A stretch of DNA of 64,000 nt from Bugula neritina. Lineage: Eukaryota; Animalia; Bryozoa. Under the pieces are notes generated by a model. That model was not told the origin of the DNA. It saw only the letters and a program-made list of their open reading frames with translations, and made no database searches. The DNA is taken from assembly GCA_964035545.1 (NCBI GenBank), contig OZ037771.1, positions 6,419,190 to 6,483,189 of the forward strand, written 5' to 3'. How positions within the stretch are numbered: the stretch's first letter is position 1; every line of letters begins with the position of its first letter. The translations under genes were made by a program, and so were the position numbers. Shown here in pieces: positions 1 to 14,200 of the stretch.

Positions 1-278
1 TCTGTGTTTAAATCAAAAAGTTATGTTAAATTGTGTCAAGACGAAAATATTCACAGTGCAAAAATTTTTGCTGGCTTCTCTAATAATAGGTAATCACTCA
101 GTATATAAAAAATTAGCCATATCTATTGGTAATCTTTCCGAGGAAGTAATAGGTAACGGTGCAATTATGGATGTTGGTCTGCTTAATTATATTGCATGCT
201 CAGGTTTTTTGTAGTTTTATCACAATTAACTCATTCCGTCATATAATATTCTGTATTAATGTAACACATCACACTCAC

Positions 279-341
279 CTGCCTATCATTGAAATTCGAA
301 TAGATGCTGTATTTGTGTATATTGCACAAATAGTGAGACAT
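279..341 (-). CDS. Possible first coding exon of a divergently transcribed gene (MSHYLCNIHKYSIYSNFNDRQ), continuing off the left edge
   Basis: Minus-strand ATG at 341, then 21 open codons ending in a strong phase-0 donor CAG|GTGAGT (plus strand actcac at 273-278). No homology recognised. Confidence 0.25.
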
Positions 342-355
342 TTAATGTAGGATGA

Positions 356-1028
356 CCCCTCATTCACACTTACCGTATCGTACGCCGTAACAGCAAAAAT
401 AAAATGGCCACGCTGTTGCATTTTGTCGACGGGTGTTCACACATTGCCGTCAAAGTACAATGCATGACGTTGAGCTGTGACCAATCATAATAAAGCCAAC
501 TCTTGTCTGCGGTGATTTGAACGCCTTTGAATATTATTTACAAATTATTCGCAACATTCTTATCAAAAGATGTTATATAAATGCTATTTACTAAATAAAA
601 GCGATTACATGGAAAGAATCTTTTTTTAAATATATTCGTTTTTAAAATAATTGTGCAAACTAATTTAAATAATGAATATTTAAGCCGTCCAAATCATTTT
701 TAAGTTTTTGGTTTGCTTGATTTTGTGATTAGGGAAAGCTAGATTTTTAAGCTGAGTTTAATTCAAACAAGCCGGATAAAATTTTTTTAATCTCTTGAAT
801 TGATTAAATTAAATCAAAAATAAGCGATTAAAATAAACTAGCGAAAACGTTCTTTAAGTTTTAGTACCAGATCAAATCTACCCAATAGGAGCCCGCCGTG
901 ATTTTTTGAATCAAGCACTGCTTGATCAACGCCGCAACGTATACCGGAGTACGATTTAGCCCGGATGTTGACAAAAATCGCTAAAATTTGCTGTTACGGC
1001 GTACGGTACGGTAAGTGTGAATAGGGGG
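356..1028. mobile_element. Non-autonomous TIR DNA transposon (MITE), PIF/Harbinger-like, copy 1
   Basis: ~40-bp imperfect TIRs (CCCCTCATTCACACTTACCGTATCGTACGCCGTAACAGCAAA ... TTTGCTGTTACGGCGTACGGTACGGTAAGTGTGAATAGGGGG); 3-bp TSD TGA at 353-355 and 1029-1031; no transposase ORF. Superfamily inferred from the 3-bp TSD. Confidence 0.85.
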
Positions 1029-1047
1029 TGAGGGGTAAAAAGGCTAC

Positions 1048-1734
1048 CCCCCTGTTCACACATTACCGCATCGTACGCCGTAACAGAACAAACAAAATGG
1101 CGCCACTGTTACATTTTGTCAACGGGCGTTCACACATTGCCGTAGTAAGTACAACGCATGACGATGAGCTATGTCTAATCATAATTAAGCCAACTCTTGT
1201 CTGCGGTGACTTGTACGCTTTTGGATAGTATTTACAAATTATTCGCAACATTCTCATTAAAAGATGTTATATAAATGCTATTGACTAGATAAAAGCAATC
1301 ACATAAAAATAATCTCTCTTTTAAATATAATCGTTTTTAAAATAATTGCGCCAACTAAATCAAATAATGAATATTTAAGCCGTCCAAATCAATTTTAAGT
1401 TTTTGGTTTTCGTGCTTTTGTGATTAGGGAAAGCTAGATTTCTAAGCTGATTTTAATTCAAACAAGCCTGATGAAAGATTTTTTAATCTTTTAAAATTTT
1501 TGAATTAGTTAAATTAAATCAAAAATAAGCGATTACAATAAACTAGCGGAAACGTTCTTTAAATTTTAGTACCAGATCAACTCTACCCAATGGGAGCCCG
1601 CCGTAATTTTTTGAATCAAGCACTGCTTGATCAACGCCGCAGCGTATACCGGAGTACTATTCAACCCGGATGTTATCAAAGATGGCGCAAATTTGCTGTT
1701 GCGGCGTACGGTGCGGCAATGTGTGAACAGGGGG
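1048..1734. mobile_element. Same MITE family, copy 2
   Basis: Colinear with 356-1028 along its whole length; TIRs CCCCCTGTTCACAC...GTGTGAACAGGGGG; own 3-bp TSD TAC at 1045-1047 and 1735-1737. Confidence 0.85.
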
Positions 1735-2276
1735 TACACCTTACATCCACCCTGAATGCACTAAGATCAGAAAGATTTTTGAAATCCGGCTAGAGCCTAT
1801 TTTATAGTGTAGACTCCGGATAGCATGCACTTCATTGACCTGCAGGAGTAGAGAAAGGAGGAACAGGAAGATTTGATAATGTAGGGGTGAAAAACTCAAC
1901 TTTTGCTGGTGTTTAATCTGTAAAGTTCATGAGCTTTTTGTAAAGTTTTCAGTTACTATAAAATCTCTCTTTGGAAGATGTCAGCCTTTTTAGAAAGAGG
2001 AGTTGTGTGATGTAAATAATGTTGTCTGCAAATATACCATTAAAGTCATTTTTGTTAAGTGGAGTTATTTTCTTTTGCCATGAGGACAAATTTAGCTAAC
2101 TGGTAGCCCACTCTACCAATATTGATTTCTGTAGTACTGTAGTATGTAATCGTTGCGCTTGATGAGAAATAATATTGTGTTAGAGATGCCAATTTGAATA
2201 AAGAAAAGACAACTCTGTTTGCTTGCGATAATTTAAATAGACCGGAAATTAAGTTTTGCAACTCAAAATAGAAAAA

Positions 2277-5200
2277 ATGGCTGCCGGGCTCAGAAACAAT
2301 ATTCACTCATCAAATACTCGCACTGTTGATAAGAATTTAGAAGATTCACAAAGTACAGGCAGTTTGGATTTGAGTAGCAGAAAACTTAGTGATTTTCCTA
2401 AGACTGCAGAGAGTTATGATCTTGCAGACACCGTCGAAGCTAGTAAGTATTAGTATAAGCTGAGGTGAAGTTTAAGTTTTAGTATTTGAATTTTGAATTC
2501 AATTGGTATTACGATTTACTCACTCTCAGTTTCAGTTTGAGTTTGGGCTTGACTTTGAGAGTGATTTTTATGAAATTCAATTATGATGATTAAGTGGGAT
2601 CTCTTTCAATCTTTTGGTAAATTAGATACACTCGCTGGTGAGCATGGTGGTAATCACTAATACTAATACTCAGAATTAGAATAGTAATACAATAACTATA
2701 AGTATAAGATTAATAAATATAATAATTCATAATTCATTAATTGTAATACTAATAATAATACTAATACTTAAATTTGAAGTTAATATTAATACTATTATTT
2801 TATTTAATCTTATGATTTTAATTTAAGTTGTAAATTATTATGAATAATATAAATTATTATAAAATTGAAATTAAATAATAAAATATGATAATTACAATAA
2901 AAATAATCATAATAATAATATTATTAGTATTAATATAACTGTAGTTATAGTATTAAATAAATAATCTTATAATTATTTAATCATAATCATTAGTCTTGTA
3001 AATAGATTAGGCGTAACTATAAGGATTATTATAATTATATTTATTGATCTTTTATGAATTATTATAGTTATGATTATCACATTCACCGACAGTGATTATC
3101 AATATGATTTTGATAATTAGCATTGGTAATAAATAAAACCGACAACTGTATTTACTTTTCTTTTCTCTGTAATAGGAAATCATAGTAATTAGACACAGTT
3201 GCGTTTTTATAATAATAATTTCCAGTGTGGGGACCATGTAATACTGCTGTTAGTAATACTGTATTAGTATAAATATAAGTATAACTGTTAGTTATTAGTA
3301 TAAATATAACAAATGGGAATAATAACTCCAGTTGTCTTGAAGATAATTAAAAGTTAAAAGATAAGGACTTGCATCAGTAAAGCAATCATAGTAATTGTAG
3401 TGCCAGTACTATATCTAATAGTAATGCCTATGTTGATTCTAGTGCTCATTCTCATACTTATGATGGGTCTGCTAGTTACACTACTCGTACTGCCACTGTT
3501 GGTGTGCTAATTAGTATGTATATGTTGAGTGTAGCGGATAGTAGGCTTTTGCATGTTGAACAGTTTAGCAATTTGCTTATAACTTGTCAGAATATGCATC
3601 ACTGTTTTTGAAGTTCATACATGTTAAGAACGATTCAAAAATTAGTTATAAACTATATATGTTGATCAAATTTCAACAATTCAAAATTGAGTAGCAGATT
3701 GATAGTTGTCATAGTTTAAGATAGATAGTTATACAGGGTGAAGGTTCATTCTCTATTGTGTGCAGTCTGATTCAGGAAGTGTTCAAGCCCCACTGCTGAC
3801 ATACTAGTAACATTGAAAATTCAGTTTATTCAAATTATTCCAATATTTTAAATGTCAAAATCAATAATATAAATAATATATTACGTAGCTATTCTGTCCA
3901 ATAGTAGTATAGGTCTTCAAACAATTTCACTGCTTGTGTTTCGCAGCGAAAATATCTTGTCATAAGACATTTATGTCTCACATTTAACTCAACTTTTTAA
4001 TTATATTGCTTTTCGAGTTTGATCCTTATAGTCATTGTACATGTAATCACAAAGCACAGGTTAAAGTAATTATAATGCTATTAAGACAACTTTAACATAA
4101 TTTGAAAATTTATTTACTTGGTTAACTATGTCATATAGTAATTTCTAATAACTTGTTTTTGTGTTAATGTTATATTGATTAGGAATGCTTTCATTTGAAA
4201 GATAATTGGTGTGTGTATAGGTTTTTCAATTAGAGTCAGTAGCTGAAATCATAGCATCACTAGTGGGTTTGTTGAGTGATTTCGTCTCCTGACACATAGC
4301 GATTCATCTCCGCTATTAAACACAGTTGGGCTATCTTGAAAGATGATAAATTTTTCTTATACATGCTCTATCTGCATGTTTGCTATCGGCATGTTGGCAA
4401 GGATAAGTTATACCGACTAGGTGAATAAACTATGGTGAAAGGGACTATTTATTTTGATATAAATTTTAAATAGGCTGAAGCTTTATAGATAAATTCTTTT
4501 GATAAACTTATGCTGTCTTTTGAATTATAAAAATGTAGGTTATGGTCACAGTATAAAAAACATCAATGAATCAATGTTGAATAGGCTGTTGACAATCAAT
4601 TTTGTAGTTGAGTATTCACAGTGGTATACAATGTAGTTTGTTCCTGCTCAAGATACTGGACAGCAAGCAAAGTTTTATATATGTCAGACTATTTTAATGA
4701 AATACAACTCGTAACTTTCTTTTAAACTATACAATTTACTTTGTGGTCACAGTGTAATAACATCAATGGATAAATTCTGGGTAATAGTTCACAGATGACT
4801 GACTTTTTAATATTTTGGTAACTAATTTTGCAGATTTGTCCAAAAACAGATTCTCCGAGATTCCAGAAGAAGTCTGCCAGTTTGTGTTGCTGGAGAGATT
4901 GAATTGTTACCACAATGCAATTAGAGCTCTCCCAGATGCTATCACTAGGTTGCAGTACTTGGGCTTTCTCAATCTCAGGTTTGTAAAGCATTCAGTTGAG
5001 GGGCTGACTTTAACTTCTGTGAACTACTCAACAGTCAATCATCTCCTTTATTTTGAGTTGGATGTACTTGTACATGCAGCTTACATTTCTCGCTCATTTA
5101 AAGTTATCTATCTTTATGGGGGATGAGACTCTGTTAGTGTTTTTAATACAACTACTTTTGAACTGACATTTCACTGCCAACAGTTAAATTCATATAATTG

Positions 5201-8200
5201 TAGGATTGCGTTTTCATGTTTATTTATCTTCATGATATCACATGTGTGTTTTAGTTTCTTTGATTTCAGTTATTTGGCATGGACCAAGTCTTAAAGACTT
5301 GTGTGGAATTTGTAGTTCTTGTGGCGTGTTAAGTGTTATGATGCCTAGCAATATGCTAATACAATAATATAATAATATGATAGTATACTAATATAATGAT
5401 ATTTAATGATATACTAATATAATAATTTTTTCTGTAGCCGTAACCAGCTGAGTGTTCTCCCACCATTCCTCTCTCAATTAAAATGTTTAGAAGTCCTCAT
5501 AGTTTCTCATAACAGACTGGTCTCCATACCTGAGGAAATATCTCAGCTCGGGCTCCTGATGGAACTGGTAATTCACATAGTAGTCACCTAACTTTTGCAT
5601 TGAGTGTGGAATTGGCTAAACACTACATCTAATCGGATTGTTTTTCTGGGATTTGCCAAATACCAACACATGAACCATATAGTATATTTATGATGACTTT
5701 TGAACTACAGCAAAACCTGCTTGTTCATTTTGACAAATATGTATATTGGCTCACTGAAAATTATACATCTAAATCAACAGATGTAAGCCTTTTTACTGCT
5801 GTGCAACTCTGGTAAAGTTAAGGGTATCAATGGCAAGGGCATAGGATTCCTTATTTATTATGTCAAACGACTTGCTTTAGTTCTCTATTCTTAGTCTATC
5901 AGGAACAGTTTTTGCCTTACTCTGGTCAGCCAAAGCCCATAACAGCCCTGGGTCATGTGTTGTTTTAGGATGTTAGTAATAATGAGATATCTATGGTACC
6001 ATCCCAGATTGGCGACCTCGGCGAATTAAAGATTCTCAATCTAAGGAAGAATTTGCTGCTGGAGCTGCCTCCAGGTACTTGTCTCCTTTCCCTACCTGCT
6101 GCTTTTCAGTGTCCCGTGTTACGCTGTCGGCTCCAACACGGGACAGCTGATACAATTTCTTAATCATTGTGAATTTATGCCATGCAATGGCTGTTTGAGT
6201 TTTATATAAGAGTGACTAAGTAGTCAAGACTGCCCTCATAAAGGGAAACGTGCAGCAATGATTTGCTGGTAGGCCTTTAGATATTCTATACACTGTCCTC
6301 CTTCTCTAAACGCAGTGTGTGTACAGCTACCATGTTTGGATTTGTCCCTCACAGTGTCATAGTCCCGCACCTTTTCAATGGGGAAACTATTGATATCCCT
6401 TAAACATATTTAAGAGAATTAAAGTTAAGAGTGTTGCTGATCTCACTGTGTCTACGTATGCTCATGCTGTGATATCAACAGCAGCAATATAGTGTCTTAC
6501 CTCCTCATTAGACAGCTAGTACGCTCAGCTAACTGCTCCTTAGATGCATTCAATCAATTCTTTATCTATCATCACAGTTTGTATCGAATGCTAATGACTA
6601 TGGCGTAGTAATTGATGCGATAAAACGATTTTTCGTACACTGCGATCATATGAATCTAACTGCTGACTGATACCACTGACACCTTGCTGGTGGGAATACT
6701 CACTAATAACTGTGAAGTTTGGAGTTGCGAAAACTTGATTTATTGATATCTATTTTACAGAGATCAGCCGACTGAAATTAAAGTCGTTGGATTTTAGTTG
6801 TAATAAGATTCAGACTGTTCCGTTAGAGTACAGGTTTATGGAGACTCTGGAGGAACTGGTGCTGGAGAACAACCCCCTTGTGAGTCCCCCTGCCAGCGTA
6901 AGTACTACACTCCTGATAACTAATATATGTATTACTACCCCCAGTGTGTACTATCTACTAATATATATATTACTACGCCCAGTGTGCCCTAATAACTAAT
7001 ATATGTATTACTACCCCCAGTGTATCTTAACTAATATACTCGTATGATGTATCACTAGGCTAGTGTGTCCTAATAACTAATATATGTATTACTACGCCCA
7101 GTGTGTCCAAACAACTAGTAGAGTATGTATTGCTGTTCTAAGTACAACTACTACTAGCCAATATATATGACCTGTTGAATATGCTGTAGACATGCACCAA
7201 GGGAAGAGTACACATACTCAAGTATCTACAAATCCTAGCGGTCAAGGAAGACAAACGGCGGGGAGTTCTTTCTGAGACGGGATTCAATAGAAACACACTG
7301 AGAAGATCATACCAGAAAGAGTGAGTAGGACACTGCACTCTTGCCTACCAACATATCATCCTATAACTATGCATTGTGTTGCAGCGTACAATAACCCATA
7401 ATAACGTGTTATTGTAATAAGAGGCTTTGCTGTGTGCATTCCACACCATGTGTGTTCTGTTAGGAATTCTGCTCCCTGGTTATGAATGAATCTGTCATGT
7501 TTAACTAATCTGGTTATCAACATGGCAGTCAAACTTTACACCTACCTTGCACTCCACAGTTTAGTGTGATTTACTCAGTTTACAAAATCTTATATTTGCA
7601 TTCTACCCAGTGTTTTGTTTTGGTCCATCGCCTCTTTATTGTAGGATATTGGTTTTTTTTGTACTGTAGAGATGCAGAGGCTGTCAGACTGAGGCGCAAA
7701 GCAATACACAGTACAGACTCGGGCTACATCACCGACACCCTACACAGGTGGACCACAGGTGGCACTGAGGTATAGCCATGTCATCTGTTACTGGATCATG
7801 TTATGCAGACACTGTATACTGTGTTAGCTCCTTGTTGGCCATCCAGGCATACTTGAGTGGTTTTATGACCTAATCAGTGGATGTAAGTGCAGTAATGGAG
7901 AAATTGAGAAAAACCTGTGTTCTAGATTAGGAATGTAGCATAAGAAGTTATGTTCTTGTGAAAATTTCAACCTGCGTCCCAAACCAAAATCGGATAATAA
8001 CATTAAATAACTTAGACTATCTCAATTTCTCCACTACTGCTCCTAAGTGAGTGATACTAGTAGGTCATATATTTGATGAGTAAATACAAGTAGCAGTACA
8101 TCTACTCTCTGATTAACAGAACGGGTTTGACGGAGCCATTAAGGCTGCCGAGTCGCTGAAAGAGCAGCGTGCTGAGCGACATCTGGAGTTGCAGAAGAGG

Positions 8201-11200
8201 ATATGTAACGCGGAGCTGGTGAGTCCCAGTCGACCTCCGGCAGCGCTGTCGCCCTGCTCGCCGGATAGGGGAGACGGAGGCAGCATTTCTCCTCTCAAGT
8301 TTACACCCAGTGGCACAGACAATGGAGAGGATATGTTTGCTAGGGTGAGTGTCCTTCATGGTGTGTGTTGACCTTGACCGTATGTGTGTTGACCTTGACC
8401 TTACCTGTGTTGACCTTGACCTTACGTGTGTTGACCTTGACCGTATGTGTGTTGACCTTGCCATTACATGTGTTGACCTTCACTGTTATTGGTTTCCACG
8501 CCACACGTTGCTCACTCAACTATTTATATAATCTAAGCGGCATGTTATCATAATATGAAGAAAATAACATTTTATCAGGGGGTTTGAACCCTTACAGCAC
8601 CCGCTTCGCTGTCTAGAGTTTATCCACTTGACTAGCCTTAACCAAACACCGAATAGTGAGCTCACCCCATGCTAGCTTTTCATCTTTATAATGATTAACA
8701 ACTACAATGTGTTGTCTAACTGTGGAATCTTATGAGATGCAGTGTGATATGAGCTCTTACTTTCAACACTACTCTTATTCATTAGTTATCAACTTTAGAC
8801 TTCATCTATCATATTAAACGGTATATACTAGAGTCTGTAAACGAGAAAATTTTTAGCTCTAAGTAGAGTGTATAAAGTATATGACAGGGTGGAGTTCAAA
8901 TCAGGTTTACTCAAATACGTGTTGAGTTGAGTACTTGAAATTCTTAGACCTAGACTAATTGTTTGGCATCATGCATGTCTTAAATATATCAAAAAATAAC
9001 TTTGTAGCCATGTTTTGTAAAAATGTCCCTGTGAAGTTATGTCAGATCCAGATCAGATCATGTCTGCCGTCTTTGAAATTATAATTTCATTTATTTTGTC
9101 TAAAATGTCTGTTTCTATTGTTTTTCTCCTTTACTTTGTCATATAGACTGACTTGTCTGCACAGGTAAATTTATTTCATTTGTTTCGTGTTTACGTTAAC
9201 CTTCACTAGACTGTATACATGGTAGTGGTCTTTCAATCTTCTCTACAGCTTACTTTAATTTCAACCCTTACAGCTTCATGTTCTTATTCTATCCATCTGA
9301 TAGCTCTCACATGTAGCTAATCTGCTCCATCAGGTGAAGTGACCCTTTCTTTAGATGACATTAGTTTGTGTTTCTACTTTAAACTTACCTCTGCTGATTG
9401 TAAGCAACTATATATATTTTTACCTGCTAACATCATGTATAGATCAAGTCGCTATATACGCTGTTTCGTTATATGCCTGTTGTGGTGAAGACAATTACGG
9501 TTGCCATGGTTACATGTTGGGATTCGTTTAATTAGGAGTTACAAAAGCAGAAGTATGATTATGAGCAGAGAAAGAAGAAGGCAGAGCAAGCCAAGTTTGA
9601 AGTCGGGGTTAGGAAACCTTCAAGAGTTCAAACGGCGTCTCCGGTAGTTCCTGGATCTGCCCCTGTTAGTCAACTACCCCAGCCTCCAGTTAGGTCGGCT
9701 TCAGTCAATGTTGGAAAGTGAGTCAAAGGTTTAGTTACTCGGGCTGGGTGATAGTTAGAGTCTTGTTTGCTTAGCATGACCTGATGGACTAGCATGTCTA
9801 GTAGATGTATTTGTGCACCTATCAACCCTCATTTTCCAGTTGACTGTTGAATTTACTTTGCTGTAGAGGTTTTGTTGTGTCATTAAACTTGTGAAGTGTG
9901 ATAGAGGCATAGAAATGATACGTTATATTATCATAATTGTTTTACTACAAAGGGACTGATACATGAGTGTATTTTTTGTCCAATGTATAAGTTCCATTAG
10001 CAGAAAAATGCTACCCCTGATATATACAGCAACAGCCATATGAACAGGTACTGACACATATAGACAAGTATTGACACCTATAGTCAAGTACTGACACATA
10101 TAGACTAGTATTGACACATATAGACAAGTACTGACACATATGGACAACTACTGACACATATGGAAAAGTACTAACACATATAGACTAGTATTGACACATA
10201 TAGCCAAGTACTGACACATATAGACAAGTGCTGACACATATAGACTAGTATTGACACATATAGACTAGTATTGACACATATACAGATATATGTTGGCATA
10301 TACAGACCTGCTGGTAATTAATGTTGACAAGCTATTATAATTTCTAATAGAAAGAGCATGCTCTATGAGGAGCGTGGGACTGCTCGGCCCACTAGATTGT
10401 CATTATCAAGGCAACATAGCCTCACTCTCCCTAACCATTTCCAGTTGGAGGGTACTAGGTAACAAGTGAAGCTTACAGCCAAATGTTGTGTGTAGCTTTC
10501 TTGAAACATCTTAAATAAATAACATCCACTACAGCTTCAGGCTTTTGACATGCGCACTGTTGCTGTGCTCAACTCTATGATATTGTGACAGTGGTGTACC
10601 CCTCTCCATTTTATTGGGGGTGCACCTAAATACAGCTTTGCAGCCATATTTCAGTCTTACACATTAAGAATTTAGCTGGATTAATTGTGTTAATTCTTTT
10701 CTTTGTTGTATGTTGTTTGTTTGTTTATATATTCACATTAGATGTAATATTTAGCTCAGAAGTGCAGTAAAAAGCCTTAAAATCACACAATACTGTGTTA
10801 CCAGATTTAAACTGAGACTTTGCAGTCCCTAGTTTTGCCCTCCCCTCCTCACCCCTTAGGGTGTAGCAATTGACTGTGGGGATCTATCCGTAGAATTCAG
10901 TGTCTGTTCCCAAAAGCAAGCTAGGGTGACTAACATGTATATATAGAAGGCTAAACGTATAGCACTAGTAAATGTTACATATGTATGTAAAAGGCACACT
11001 TGCTAAGCACTGTGTTGCATATTTGCTAATGTGTGCAATATTTCATCTATATTTTAATGCCTGCTGCATATAAAGAAATGCTTACTGCACCTACTCCTTG
11101 GTGTGTTGCATCATATTCTACTCTGCTATGTGTTGCATCATTATCTTCTCTTATCAGTTGCCTGGCTATATCTTGTAGCAGCAGCAGTATATTGCATGGC

Positions 11201-14200
11201 TATAATAATGGTAGTGTGCTGAAAAACCCCTCCCTCTTCAGTCACCACTACTTCCATCCAAAACAGTAAGTGCCGTGAGACATTTGCATGCCCTACAAGT
11301 ATGTGCCTTATATCTGCTAGGCTCAGCAAAGTTTACAGTTACAGTTACAGATTTTGCAGATTAAACTCTCTGTTTTATATATCAATCTCATTTTTATTCT
11401 TGTGCTTCATTTTTCGAGAAATATTTCAGTATTTGCACTTTACTCCTAAAGCATATTTATTTTATTATTTCAAATAATATGTTTTTATCTGTCATGCCTT
11501 GTTAAGTATGCCTGTCTCACATTTCACGCTGTATTTAAACTATTTATACTTTTTTTGTATTTCATGCGAATTATTTTGTATTTTAGAGAAGGAGTTGAAT
11601 CAGAATTAAAACACACGTAAGTTGAGCAACAAAATACTTCCTATTATAAGAGTTGTCTACCCATTTGTAATACCTTTATACCAGTAATAATAGTTCATTA
11701 ATTATTATAGCAGTAAGAATACATATATGAATATCTAATGATGGACAAATTGCTTTATAGTAAACTACAACACCTGGTAATTTAAGATATATATAGATAT
11801 AGAAGGTCATTTAATTTTTTACTACCATCACTTGTTGTTCAGGGTCTGTGCTCTAGACTATAGCATAGAGCCATAGACTACAGAGTATATTGCAGACTAT
11901 GCAATGCACTATGCTATAGACTATAGAGTATAGACTATGCTATATAGTATAGACCGTGCTATACACTATGTTATGCTTACGCTATAGAATATAGACTATA
12001 TTATATGCTATACTTATTCTTGTAGGTTTGAGCAGAACCTGGACAGGTCTACAGATAGTCACAGGAGTTCTCCCAGCAGCCTTACGTCACAAGTTAGTAA
12101 TTCACAAACTACTAGACATGCTTCAATATGCTTAACATTTCTACCTATCTTTTTAAGAGTCAACCTACATTGTTCACAATTAGTTAGGAAACAACTCTGG
12201 AACTTTGAGTAATTTTTAGTACTAAGTTTACACTTGCTTGTATAACTAAGCTTTAAAATTGACAATTTTTATAATAGGAGTTTTTCTGTAATCACTGGGA
12301 ATTGTCTTCTTTTTCAAATTCATTAAGATAGATATAATTCCGAATCTATGGCTATAGCTAAATTGTTTGGTGCACTAGTAGTAGTGCTAAATAGTTTATA
12401 GTTATCTATATTACACAGTATAAAATGTTTACAAACCCGATTGTTGATTTTTTTAGTTTCATTAGCTCTGTGCTTCATAATAATGGGTGTTTTTCACACA
12501 CTGTTGACACTACAGTTCCATGCAACTTGTTACCCTGTACCTCTGTAACAAAAGTTTTTGAGCAGAACTTGGAGTTATCTCTCTCTGTGTAGTGGTTGTC
12601 TTCTCTCTTTCCTAAAATAGTAGCCTATTCTTACAGGAGAGTGATCACAGGGTGTCAAGTTTGTCTTCTCGTGTATCTTCCGGGACTCCTGAACCTCATA
12701 TTACGAGTAAGCCTCCGTTAGCGCACTCGACACAGGACAACTCCACTCACAAACTACCCACTCGAAACTCACACAAGGTAAGTTATCTTTACAGTCATGT
12801 GTAGCTTCAATACTGGCTGTGGTGTATTGTTGGCGAATGTGAAAAGTGTTATGAAATTTTGCCGTTGATTTTTGTTTAAGATTGTAAAGCCACGAACTAG
12901 GGTGTCATTGAGAGACAAACTTGCGGTGAGTTTAATGTATTGTGGAGGATATGCTGTGTGTAGAAATATGACCTTGACCTTGCTGCAGTCTACTAGTCCT
13001 TGTGTGTGTAATTCTAGTAGTCCAGGCAAACCATTGTTGTGACTTGCCGTGTTGAACAGTTTAATCCTTGTGTTTGTTAGTGTGTCTGTTGTTTGCTTAT
13101 AGTCTGCTGCTGCCGCTCCCAAGGACAGTGTTGATGCTGCCGCCTCCCGCCACACCTCAACCAAAGTCACGTCAGCTGTCGGTAAGACTGGCCTTAGACT
13201 TCCTAAGTCTCTCAAGTCTCAGGGTCGAAGTAAAACGGCACCGCTGCCGCACAGCACCTCATCTGCTGCTGACGCTGCCACCACTGTTGTCCTCTCAATC
13301 TCCACCCGCTCACAGACTAGTCAACTCTCTTCCTCCACCACTAAGCTGCCAGTCAAGGCAGCTCTTAATGTCGGAATGCGCTCATCTCTTGGTTCTCCAA
13401 CTCATGGTAATTCTGCTGCTGCCGCTGCCTCCAAGTCTAAGTTTGGTATGTGACACGGCGGTGCTGGCCAATAGCCTTGCATGCCCTGACCAGCTAGTGG
13501 CACAGTTCTGCTGACTCCCGGCAGCGAAAGGCACGGCGTTGCATGTCTCCAGATCTGTGGCCTTCGACTCGCGTGGCTCAGCTTCGTAGTTCAGATGTCT
13601 TTTATAGCCTCCACCCTCAAGTATTTCACTCGTGTTTCGGGTTATGTGGCTTTTTAATATTTCCTTTTTACCTTAAAGATTGTGGTGGTAGTTTGAAGTT
13701 GTGTTCAGTTGTGTTGAATAATGTTAGTGGAACGTTTGATTCACTTGGTTATCAACTTGAAATGTATAGGTTTCAGTCAGCTGTATTACGTGTGTTGGTT
13801 GTAGTTTGGTGTTTACTAGCCGATCTACTCACAGATGGGTTGTTTGTTAACTGGTGAATGGTTATTCAGCTCTTCCTGCATCTCTACATACTTCACAAGA
13901 CAGGTCTTGCATGCTGAAGGCCCAATCCTATTTCACCTTCTCTCTAAACCCTCACGACTCATATTGAAAACCTCCACTTTCCATATCAAAGTAGCACACT
14001 TATTACTTTTTGTAATGATATAATTATCACTGAAGTCTATGTATTTTATACATACCTTTCTCAACCATAGCTTCTTTTCTGCTTCTAAATTACATTCAAA
14101 TCTGGCTGTATGTAGGCATAGATGGCTGACCATATGCTTAAAAGTACCCCTGATTATGCTACTCAAAATTTTACCTTACACACCATTCTGTAATGAAAAC

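Noticed and set aside
13068-13514. 148-aa ORF as given in the track
   Set aside because: Wrong frame; the LRCH exon 13103-13445 uses another frame that fits the splice phases.
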